Of a stretch of DNA of 37,016 nucleotides, positions 1 through 7,719 are shown one piece after another. The stretch lies in NCBI GenBank assembly GCA_039715015.1, contig JBDLIE010000027.1:1-37016 (forward strand). Direction: 5' to 3'. Position 1 is the first letter of the stretch. The number at the start of each line of letters is the position of its first letter. The DNA comes from Thermodesulfobacteriota bacterium (lineage in GTDB: Bacteria > Desulfobacterota > Desulfobulbia > Desulfobulbales > SURF-16). Position numbers and translations under genes: made by a program. Under the pieces are notes generated by a model. It was not told where the DNA came from, did not search any database, and worked only from the letters and a program-made list of their open reading frames with translations.

Positions 1-82
1 GTGAGAAATGCGGGCTAGGCGCGACAAGGGGCCAAGCCCCGGAAGGCCGGGAGCAAAAAGAGATAAAAAGGGGCAGAGATGG

Positions 83-1183
83 TCAGATAACCAGGTTAAA
101 CAAAAAGCCCACCAGTAAGATTCCAGAACCGAGGACACCGACAAAAACAGCAATGAGCCGAGGTTTTAAGACCTTGCGCAGGATGACCATCTCCGGAAGG
201 GAAAGGGCGATTACGCTCATCATAAAGGCCAGTACCGTTCCCAGGGCCGCCCCTTTGCCGAGCAAGACCTCCACCACCGGCACAATACCCGCGGCATTGG
301 AGTACATGGGAATGCCCATGACCACGGCCGCAGGCACCGACCACCAGGCGCCCTTGCCCATGATTTTCGCCATAAATCCCTCCGGCACATAGCCGTGGAT
401 GGCGGCGCCCACAGCAATACCAGCCACCACATAGGGCCAGACCTTGCCGACGATCTCAAACACCGCCTGGCGCCCCTTATTCAGGCGCATGCTCCAGGTT
501 AAGGATTCGTCTTTTTGGTCGGCGTTTTGGAGCTGACTGCGAACCCAATCCTCAATATGGTTTTCCATGCCAAGCCGGCCAATTACCCAACCGTCAATGA
601 TGGCGACCATAAGGCCGGTGACCAGGTAGAGCGCGGCAATCTTCCAGCCCAGCAGGCCATAGAGCAGGACCAAGGCGATCTCGTTAACCATGGGAGCGGC
701 AATGAGAAAGGAGAGGGTGACACCCAGGGGCACTCCGGCCTGGACAAAGCCGATAAAGAGCGGCACCGCCGAGCAGGAACAAAAAGGGGTGACAATACCA
801 AGCAGGGCGCCAAGAACATTGCCGATGGATTCTCTCTCGCCGGCCAGAATCTTTCTGGTGCGGGCCGGAGTAAAAAAAGAACGCAGAATGCCGACAAAAT
901 AGACCACCAGGGTGAGAAGCATCAGCACCTTGGGGGTGTCATAGATGAAGAATTGAATGGAGGCCCCCAGATGGCTTCCCTGTTCCAGGCCGATGATCTC
1001 ATAGGCCATGAAGTTGGAAAAGGGCAGGAGCTGGCCATAGAGCAGAAACCAGCCACTGACCAGGGCACTGATGAGCACAATGCGGAGAGGCAAAGGCATC
1101 TTTTTCTTCTGCGCCGCAGAAGATTTTTTCGGGGCTCAGCAGGGGGTCTGCGGGGCGTTCTGGATATTTTGCAGTGGTTGCAT
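83..1183 (-). CDS. ArsP/DUF318-family permease, probably with a Sec-containing N-terminal extension (ORF track starts at 1099)
   Basis: Hydrophobic protein with the TPFCSCS and GIPMYSN motifs of DUF318 permeases, downstream of arsR. An in-frame ATG at 1183 reads MQPLQNIQNAPQTPC-TGA-APKKSSAAQKKK into the annotated Met. Confidence 0.85.
1105..1138 (-). promoter_or_regulatory. Candidate bacterial SECIS element
   Basis: TGA (1138-1136), 12-nt spacer, then perfect 8-bp stem TCTTCTGC/GCAGAAGA with a GGC loop. Confidence 0.6.
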
Positions 1184-1208
1184 AGTGTTCACATGTGTAT
1201 TGTTTCGA

Positions 1209-1590
1209 CCCTTCGACAGGGATAGGAGGGCGATTTCTGAATATATTAAAAAAGGTTAGCCACGGATTACCGTGCGGAAATTGTTGCCTCAATTTGTCTC
1301 TGTTTTCGCTATACCCTTTGTTCCTTTTTGCTTGTCCAAAAATGAACCGAAAAAAGACACCCCTAACAGCCCTGGCCTTTGGCACCACTCGCCTTCCGCC
1401 GCGCAAGGGGCATTGTGGAAATTCGCGAAGTTTATGCCCGGTGTGTGGGTGCTCAGACAGTCCACGCGCCCAACGGAAGTGCCCTTGGGGTACTTTCCCC
1501 TTTCACGGCTCCCTCCTCGTTCAGGGCTGGATGGGGAAAGGCAAAACAAAAACATCTAAAAAGCAAAGGTGCCCTGAGCCTGGCGAAGGG
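1209..1590. repeat. Composite nested repeat between arsR and the permease
   Basis: CCCTTCGACAGG arm at 1209 and CCCTGAGCCTGGCGAAGGG arm at 1572-1590 enclose a segment (1338-1415, 1522-1538) that recurs at 29854-29930 and 30000-30016. Confidence 0.75.
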
Positions 1591-1591
1591 G

Positions 1592-1936
1592 TTAGGCCGA
1601 ACAGAGGCGCTGGCGGTCCACGTCTTGAAGTTGGAGGCGGAGGCTTTGCAGTTCTTTTTCATCGTTGAACCAGCCTGGCAAAAGCTCAAGCATGGCCTTG
1701 CTGTAAGGGATTTCGTCGTCACCAGTCAGCTTGAAGATGATCCACGAGCCCTGCCGCTGGCCGCTGACCAGACCAGCGTCCTCAAGCAGCTTCAAATGCT
1801 TGGACACCGTGGACTGGGCCAGGCCGAGCAAGGCCTGGAGCTCGCAGACGCAGAGCTCCTTTTCTTCAAGAAGTTTGATGATGGTGACCCTGTTTGGATC
1901 AGAAAGGGCCTTCATGGTTTTAATAAATTCTTTCAT
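1592..1936 (-). CDS. arsR: ArsR/SmtB-family transcriptional regulator
   Basis: KALSDPNR...ELCVCEL...QSTVSKHLKLL winged-HTH with the ELCVC box; GGAG RBS. Confidence 0.92.
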   Translation of the reverse strand: MKEFIKTMKALSDPNRVTIIKLLEEKELCVCELQALLGLAQSTVSKHLKLLEDAGLVSGQRQGSWIIFKLTGDDEIPYSKAMLELLPGWFNDEKELQSLRLQLQDVDRQRLCSA

Positions 1937-1944
1937 GGTATCTC

Positions 1945-1991
1945 CATATCGTCATATGGCGATATGATAATCTGTTTTGGTATGGTGTCAA
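1945..1991 (-). promoter_or_regulatory. Sigma70-like promoter with overlapping ArsR-type inverted-repeat operator
   Basis: Minus-strand TTGACA-N16-TATCAT. Near-perfect palindrome CATATCGTCAT/ATGGCGATATG at 1945-1966 overlaps the -10 and the RBS. Confidence 0.7.
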
Positions 1992-2110
1992 GGGGGGGAA
2001 ATTTTTAAGACCAGTGTCGTAGTCAGACGCGGAGAGCCAGAGGTTGCAACTAGGACTGAAAATGCTGATAAGATAAAAATGCAAGAGATGAACTTGTTGG
2101 AATGGCAAAA

Positions 2111-2187
2111 TGTCAAGCCTGACCCCCTCCATGTGTATATCAAGCAGACAGCATCATGTCACATGTCAAGGTTAAAGATTTGACGCC
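2111..2187. repeat. GTCAAG...TGAC(C/G)CC terminal-type repeats (two copies)
   Basis: TGTCAAGCCTGACCCC (2111-2126) and GTCAAGGTTAAAGATTTGAC (2165-2184). The second is a 19/20 inverted match to 2738-2757. Confidence 0.6.
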
Positions 2188-2337
2188 AAAAACTGGAAAC
2201 AAAGGGGTTGTTTTGTTCGAATCAGCTTCTTTAAAAAGAAGGCTTCCAATTACACGTCATAACTGTTAATCAAGAAATATATAAGCACCTTTTTTCAGCC
2301 AGGAACCAGCATAAACTCTATTTTATCTTTCTTTTAC

Positions 2338-2658
2338 ATGCTTATGGTGAGACAAGCCCAGAGGAGACAGCAGGAAAGACGCAGCCTGAAAGACAGAAGA
2401 GTCGGGGACAGGCGGCAGCAGGAAAGGCGGCAAAAAGAACGTCGTTGTCAAACCATCCCGCTCTTACCCGGCACTGAAGACTTGCGCAAGGAGGAACGTC
2501 GGAAGGGTGATCGGCGACAGGACGCCAGGCGCAGCGGTAACGAGAGACGGCAGTATGAACGACGCCGTGGTGATCGGCGGCAAAAAAACGGCCTCAAAAA
2601 CGACCTGCTCTCCGATGAAGAAAAAGCCATGTTTCGCAAGCTGTTCACCGAAGTATAA
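2338..2658 (+). CDS. Small Arg-rich protein with tandem (D/E)RR repeats
   Basis: 106-aa ORF with about 10 (D/E)RR units at roughly 5-residue spacing and a short helical C-terminal tail. Confidence 0.65.
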   Translation: MLMVRQAQRRQQERRSLKDRRVGDRRQQERRQKERRCQTIPLLPGTEDLRKEERRKGDRRQDARRSGNERRQYERRRGDRRQKNGLKNDLLSDEEKAMFRKLFTEV

Positions 2659-2734
2659 AAAACGAAGACTTCGTTCCCAGGTGCTTTTCTTAGCAGTAAG
2701 CGTAATTTACGCACCTCTAACTCTGTATGCTAAA

Positions 2735-2853
2735 GGGGTCAAATCTTTATCCTTGACCTTTGCTTGCAGTTTTCCCTACCATCGATGGCACGCCCACTCC
2801 GCATCGAATATCCCAGCGCCTTGTAGCATGTGACCAAAGGAAGTATCTTCTGA
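2735..2853 (+). pseudogene. Relic 5' end of a Y1 (IS200-like/RAYT-type) transposase with its upstream terminal repeat
   Basis: GGGGTCAAATCTTTATCCTTGAC, then ATG at 2785 reading MARPLRIEYPSAL*HVTKGSIF*. This matches the typical MARPLRIEYPGAxYHVT start of these transposases, with Tyr changed to TAG. Confidence 0.7.
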
Positions 2854-2883
2854 CGAAAGTCACCATGCTGCTAACTGCCCATC

Positions 2884-3192
2884 ATGCCCTATCTCTCCGA
2901 AAATAAGGACGGCGACACTCTCCTCAGCCTCTACATCCAGCCTAAGGCCTCTAAAAACAGATTTTGCGGCCTGCATGGCGATGAGATGAAACTGGCCATC
3001 ACAGCAGCGCCGGTGGATGGCAAGGCCAATAAGGCAGTGCAGACCTTTCTGGCCAATTTTTTCAAGGTGGCAAAATCAGAGGTAGTCTTGAAGAGAGGCC
3101 GGCAAAGCCGTCATAAATCTATGGTTATTAAAGGAATTGGCAAAGGAAAAGCCCGCCGTATGATCGAAGGCCAAGAAGAAGACCCTTCCTAG
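2884..3192 (+). CDS. DUF167/YggU-family protein
   Basis: IQPKASKN...AAPVDGKAN...GRQSRHK motifs. Confidence 0.9.
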   Translation: MPYLSENKDGDTLLSLYIQPKASKNRFCGLHGDEMKLAITAAPVDGKANKAVQTFLANFFKVAKSEVVLKRGRQSRHKSMVIKGIGKGKARRMIEGQEEDPS

Positions 3193-3731
3193 TCTAGCTC
3201 TTTCAAGCTCTTCAGGAGGCGCAACTTGACCTCAGAGAAAAAACCAGGGTTATCAGCTCGCACCCCTTTGTCCTCCAGATTCACCTCCAGGTGGACATTG
3301 TTAAAAACGATTTTTTGTTGTTTTTTAGTGGTGATAACCAAAGGTTCAATGGTGGCCAGAATTCTCTCCATTTTTTTGACAGAGTTGTTTTCCCGGTACA
3401 TGCCATCTTCACCGAGGTCAAAACTGACGGTTTCAGCCTGGTGGCGGGTGAAGGAGGGTACAGTGATAGCGATATGGTCAATGATGCTGCGCAAAGGGAT
3501 ACCCTCGCTGAATTCTTTTATATCCAGCTGTTCTTGTAACCATTCTTTGATAAGGGGAATAATAGACAGGTTTATGTAATGACTCTCGACAACGTTGCGG
3601 GGAATATTGAAGAGCTTGGTGAGAATTTCGCCAAGGGAAAGATGGGCATTGCCGGTCTGGACTTGGAGGGCCTTGTTTAGATGGGCCTGGCTAATGACCC
3701 TGGCCCTGATAAGAGCCTCGCCTAATAACAT
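3189..3731 (-). CDS. Hypothetical protein with a degenerate N-terminal MshEN-like motif
   Basis: LLGEALIRARVISQAHLNKALQVQ...SLGEIL resembles the MshEN repeat. Confidence 0.7.
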   Translation of the reverse strand: MLLGEALIRARVISQAHLNKALQVQTGNAHLSLGEILTKLFNIPRNVVESHYINLSIIPLIKEWLQEQLDIKEFSEGIPLRSIIDHIAITVPSFTRHQAETVSFDLGEDGMYRENNSVKKMERILATIEPLVITTKKQQKIVFNNVHLEVNLEDKGVRADNPGFFSEVKLRLLKSLKELD

Positions 3732-3923
3732 GGGTAGAAAGAGTCATGTTGAGTTTTGGAGAGAGCTAACATGCGCCAATAATACTTGAGGGCGTGACCA
3801 ACGTCATCACTTTCTTTTCCCTGGCGAAGCTATGGCGGCCCTTGAGATTTCAGCGCGTTTCGTTTATCTTTTCTGGCACTAGTGCGGTCATACCCTGATT
3901 CCTTCTCTTAAGAGTGTTTTTTC

Positions 3924-4412
3924 ATGAAGATCGGCGTTCTTTCCGATACCCACATCAGCTCGCCAACCGAGAGTTTTCTCAACCAGACAGCCCGCTGTTT
4001 TGCCGATTGTCAGGTGATCTTTCATGCCGGTGACCTCACCGACCTCTCCGTCCTTTCCGCCTTTAAAGATAAAGACCTCTACGCCGTGCACGGTAATATG
4101 TGCCACTCTTCGGCGCGCCAGAACCTGCCAAGCCAGACGGTGATTGAGCTGGCTGGCTTTCGTTTCGGTCTCACCCATGGTATGCGCTACCGCAGTAATG
4201 TTGAAGAGAACCTTATCAACGATTTTGACCAGGTGGACTGCATCGTCTCCGGTCATACCCATGTCCCTGCCTGTCACCGCCTCTTTGATGTCCTTTTTAT
4301 GAATCCGGGGAGCTTCATGGGGACTGGCCGCTATGGTTCGCCAGGCACCTACGGTATTATCGAGGTGGGTGATACGCTCCGTGGCCGCATTTTTGAGGTG
4401 CCAAAGTCGTGA
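3924..4412 (+). CDS. Metallophosphoesterase (YfcE/Vps29-like)
   Basis: SDTH, HAGD, VHGN, THG, GHTH and NPGS motifs. Confidence 0.92.
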   Translation: MKIGVLSDTHISSPTESFLNQTARCFADCQVIFHAGDLTDLSVLSAFKDKDLYAVHGNMCHSSARQNLPSQTVIELAGFRFGLTHGMRYRSNVEENLINDFDQVDCIVSGHTHVPACHRLFDVLFMNPGSFMGTGRYGSPGTYGIIEVGDTLRGRIFEVPKS

Positions 4413-4897
4413 ACAGTCTCTTTGCACCCTGGCGGATGGATTATATTCTTGGCACAGAGGGCCGGGATGAAGGTTGTTTCATGTGCAAAGCGGCTGACAA
4501 GCGCCATGACAAGGCGGGGCTCATTCTCTTTCGCGACGGCCAGAGTGTTATTTTGTTAAACAGATTTCCCTATGCCAACGGCCACCTGCTCGTGGCCCCC
4601 AAAAGGCATGTTGGCGACATCACCGACCTCTCAGCAGAGGAGAATGCCGCCCTGATTAAAAAGGTGGAACAGGGCGTGGTTATCCTTCGTCGCCATCTTA
4701 AGCCGGACGGCATCAATGTCGGCCTCAACCTCGGCGCGGTGGCCGGTGCCGGGCGGGCCGACCATCTCCACTACCATATTGTGCCGCGCTGGCAGGGCGA
4801 CCATAACTTCATGACCGTCCTGGCCGATGTCCGCTCCATCCCAGAGCATATTGACAACACCTTTGACCTGCTGCTTTCTGATTTTCAGGAGTTATGA
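4409..4897 (+). CDS. HIT-family nucleotide hydrolase (Ap4A phosphorylase/hydrolase-like)
   Basis: APWRMDYI, NRFPYANGHLLVAP and HLHYHIVPRW triad; GTGA overlap with the upstream gene. Confidence 0.92.
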   Translation: MNSLFAPWRMDYILGTEGRDEGCFMCKAADKRHDKAGLILFRDGQSVILLNRFPYANGHLLVAPKRHVGDITDLSAEENAALIKKVEQGVVILRRHLKPDGINVGLNLGAVAGAGRADHLHYHIVPRWQGDHNFMTVLADVRSIPEHIDNTFDLLLSDFQEL

Positions 4898-4926
4898 ATA
4901 CACATGAGTTAAAATTACATAATTTT

Positions 4927-5004
4927 GTAGGAGCCCGCCCCTGGGGGCGATAAATTTGGCATCTTGCCACAGGCCGACAATCGCCCCCAGGGGCGGGCTC
5001 CTAC
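4927..5004. repeat. GTAG-type REP doublet (REPIN-like)
   Basis: GTAGGAGCCCGCCCCTGGGGGCGA ... TCGCCCCCAGGGGCGGGCTCCTAC, perfect 24-bp inverted arms. Confidence 0.85.
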
Positions 5005-5046
5005 CGAGCTTCGTCTTTACAAAAATAATATAACTACCAGCTTAGA

Positions 5047-7719
5047 ATGACCAAAAAGGCCCCGAAAATAACCCCCATGATGCAACAGTATCTGGAGATC
5101 AAACAGCAGCATCCAGATGCCATCCTCTTTTATAGGTTGGGGGATTTTTATGAGATGTTCTTTGATGATGCTGTTACGGCCTCGCGGGTGCTGGGCATCA
5201 CCCTGACCTCGCGCAACAGTAAGGACGACGAGAACAAGATACCCTTATGCGGCGTGCCCCACCATGCGGCCGCCGGCTATCTTGCCAAGCTGGTGGAGGC
5301 TGGTTTCCGGGTGGCGGTCTGCGAGCAGGTGGAGGACCCCAAGACCGCCAAGGGCGTGGTCAAGCGCGAGGTGGCCCGGGTGGTGAGCCCCGGCGTGGTC
5401 ACTGAAGAGGCGGTCCTTGATGACAAGACCAACCGCTATCTGGCCGCCATCGCCAAGGGCGAGGTGTGGGGCTATAGCCTTCTTGACATCTCCACCGGCG
5501 AATTTTTGGTGGCCCAGCAAGGGAATCTCTCCGGGCTTTTTGACGAGCTGGCCCGCCTGGGGCCGGCTGAAATCCTCCTGCCGGACAATCTCAGCGACAA
5601 TGACGAGATCAAGGAGGCCCTGGAGGGCCTGGACGGCGTCTGCCAAACGTTGCGCCCCAAGGCCATCTTCCATCCAGACACTGCCACCGAGACCCTGACC
5701 GAGCATTTTCAGACCGCCAATATGGCTGGTTTCGGCTGCCAGCAGCTGACCAGCGGCCTGGCCGCCGCCGGCGCCCTGCTTGCCTATATTCAGGAGACCC
5801 AGAAAACAGGGCTGGCCCATATTGAACGGATCACCGCCATTGAGACCGATGCCGTGCTCATGCTGGACGATTCATCGCGCCGCAACCTGGAGCTGACCAA
5901 GACCATCATCGGCGCCCAGCGCCAAGGCTCTTTGCTCCACACCCTGGATTTTACCCAGACCCCCATGGGCTCGCGGCTTCTTGCCAAGAACCTTCTCTTC
6001 CCCCTCCGCGACCCAGCCCAGATTAATAAGCGTCTTGATACCGTCTCCTATTTCCATGGTGGCGAGCCGGTCCAGGCCGATCTCCTGGCCAGCCAGAGCT
6101 ATGCCACCGGCGCTGCTATCCGTGATGAACTGCGGGAATTGCTCTCCGGGGTCTACGATCTTGAGCGCCTCAACAGCCGGGTGGTTTTAGGGAGCGCCAA
6201 TGGCCGCGATCTCACCGCCCTGAAGCTTTCCCTGTCCCAGTTGCCCAGGCTCCGCGACCTTTGCGCCACCAGCCACGGTATCCTCCAGGAGGAGAGCGAG
6301 ACCCTGGACCTGCTCACCGACATGTATGCACTTCTTGATGATGCCATCCGCGATGACTGCCCGGTGGGGCTCAGGGAGGGCAAGCTGATCAAAAAAGGCT
6401 TTCACTCCGAGCTCGATGAGTACATCGCCATCCTCACCGACGGTAAACAGCTCATCCTTGGTCTAGAGGCCCAGGAGCGCGAAAAGACCGGCATTGCCAA
6501 ACTGAAGATCGGTTTCAACAAGGTCTTTGGTTATTTTTTGGAGGTCTCCAAGGCCCAGGCCGCCAATGTGCCGGAGCATTACATCCGCAAGCAGACCCTG
6601 GTCAATGCTGAGCGTTACATCACCCCGGAGCTCAAGGAGTTTGAGGAGAAGGTTCTGGGAGCTGAGGAAAAACGGCTTGATCTTGAATACCGGCTTTTTG
6701 TGGAGATCCGGGGCCAGGTGGCGGCAGCCTCGTCACGCATCATCACGGCGGCCTCCTTTGTGGCCCAGGCCGATTATTACACCTGTCTGGCCGAGGCGGC
6801 CCGGCGCTATAATTTTAGGCGGCCCCAGGTGGGTGATGGCGATGAGATCATCATCAAGGAGGGCCGCCATCCGGTGATCGAGGCCTCCATGCCAGCCGGA
6901 CGCTTTGTCCCCAACGACATTCATCTGGATCAGAGCAGCCAGGAGGTGCTGATCATCACCGGCCCCAATATGGCGGGTAAATCCACGGTGCTGCGCCAGA
7001 CGGCCCTGATCACCCTCATGGCCCAGATGGGCAGCTTTGTTCCGGCCCGGGAGGCGAAGATCGGCGTGGTGGATCGTATTTTCACCAGGGTGGGGGCCAT
7101 GGATGATCTGCGCAAGGGCCAATCCACCTTCATGGTGGAGATGAATGAGACAGCCAATATCCTCAATAACGCCACGGAAAACAGTTTGGTGATCCTTGAT
7201 GAGATTGGCCGCGGTACTTCCACCTTTGACGGCCTCTCCATTGCCTGGGCCGTCACCGAGGATTTGGTCGGCAAAAACAACAAGGGGGTGAAGACCATCT
7301 TTGCCACCCATTACCATGAGCTCATCGAGCTTGCCCGCACCCACAAGCGGGTCAAAAATTTCCATATCGGTGTCCGCGAGTGGGATGACACCATCATCTT
7401 CCTCCATAAGCTGCTGGCCGGCGGCACCAGCCGCAGCTACGGTATCCAGGTGGCAGCCCTGGCCGGGGTGCCGAAGCATGTGGTGGAACGTGCCAAGGAG
7501 CTTCTCCACGATATTGAAAGCGGTGAATTTGCCACATTGGGCCAGCCCCCCTTCAGCCTGCCCCAGGGCAAGGACAATGGCCAGCCCAGCCAGCTTGATC
7601 TCTTCCCCAGCGTCGCCGACGGCCTGCACCAGAAGCTGGCCACTCTGGAGGTTGATAGTCTCAGCCCCCTGGAGGCGATACAAATGCTCTATACCTTGAA
7701 GGAAGAAGCCCTGTCGTGA
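5047..7719 (+). CDS. mutS: DNA mismatch repair protein MutS
   Basis: TPMMQQY, GDFYEMF, TGPNMAGKST, STFMVEM, DEIGRGTST and FATHYHEL motifs. Confidence 0.98.
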   Translation: MTKKAPKITPMMQQYLEIKQQHPDAILFYRLGDFYEMFFDDAVTASRVLGITLTSRNSKDDENKIPLCGVPHHAAAGYLAKLVEAGFRVAVCEQVEDPKTAKGVVKREVARVVSPGVVTEEAVLDDKTNRYLAAIAKGEVWGYSLLDISTGEFLVAQQGNLSGLFDELARLGPAEILLPDNLSDNDEIKEALEGLDGVCQTLRPKAIFHPDTATETLTEHFQTANMAGFGCQQLTSGLAAAGALLAYIQETQKTGLAHIERITAIETDAVLMLDDSSRRNLELTKTIIGAQRQGSLLHTLDFTQTPMGSRLLAKNLLFPLRDPAQINKRLDTVSYFHGGEPVQADLLASQSYATGAAIRDELRELLSGVYDLERLNSRVVLGSANGRDLTALKLSLSQLPRLRDLCATSHGILQEESETLDLLTDMYALLDDAIRDDCPVGLREGKLIKKGFHSELDEYIAILTDGKQLILGLEAQEREKTGIAKLKIGFNKVFGYFLEVSKAQAANVPEHYIRKQTLVNAERYITPELKEFEEKVLGAEEKRLDLEYRLFVEIRGQVAAASSRIITAASFVAQADYYTCLAEAARRYNFRRPQVGDGDEIIIKEGRHPVIEASMPAGRFVPNDIHLDQSSQEVLIITGPNMAGKSTVLRQTALITLMAQMGSFVPAREAKIGVVDRIFTRVGAMDDLRKGQSTFMVEMNETANILNNATENSLVILDEIGRGTSTFDGLSIAWAVTEDLVGKNNKGVKTIFATHYHELIELARTHKRVKNFHIGVREWDDTIIFLHKLLAGGTSRSYGIQVAALAGVPKHVVERAKELLHDIESGEFATLGQPPFSLPQGKDNGQPSQLDLFPSVADGLHQKLATLEVDSLSPLEAIQMLYTLKEEALS

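Noticed and set aside
999..1406. ORFs 999..1406(-) and 29451..29963(-) share the peptide GGRRVVxKARAVR
   Set aside because: The similarity comes from translating the same non-coding DNA repeat, not from a protein family.
3732..3760. In-frame TGA (3746-3744) upstream of the MshEN-like gene as a possible Sec codon
   Set aside because: No Cys context, no downstream hairpin and no convincing upstream start.
6055..6115. Apparent short insertion in the MutS core (GGEPVQADLLASQSYATG)
   Set aside because: It is in frame with no intein or repeat hallmarks; likely a variable loop, and unverifiable without an alignment.
7716..7719. mutS-amidase translational overlap as a novel link
   Set aside because: I recall this as a common gene order in this group, and nothing here implies a functional coupling.
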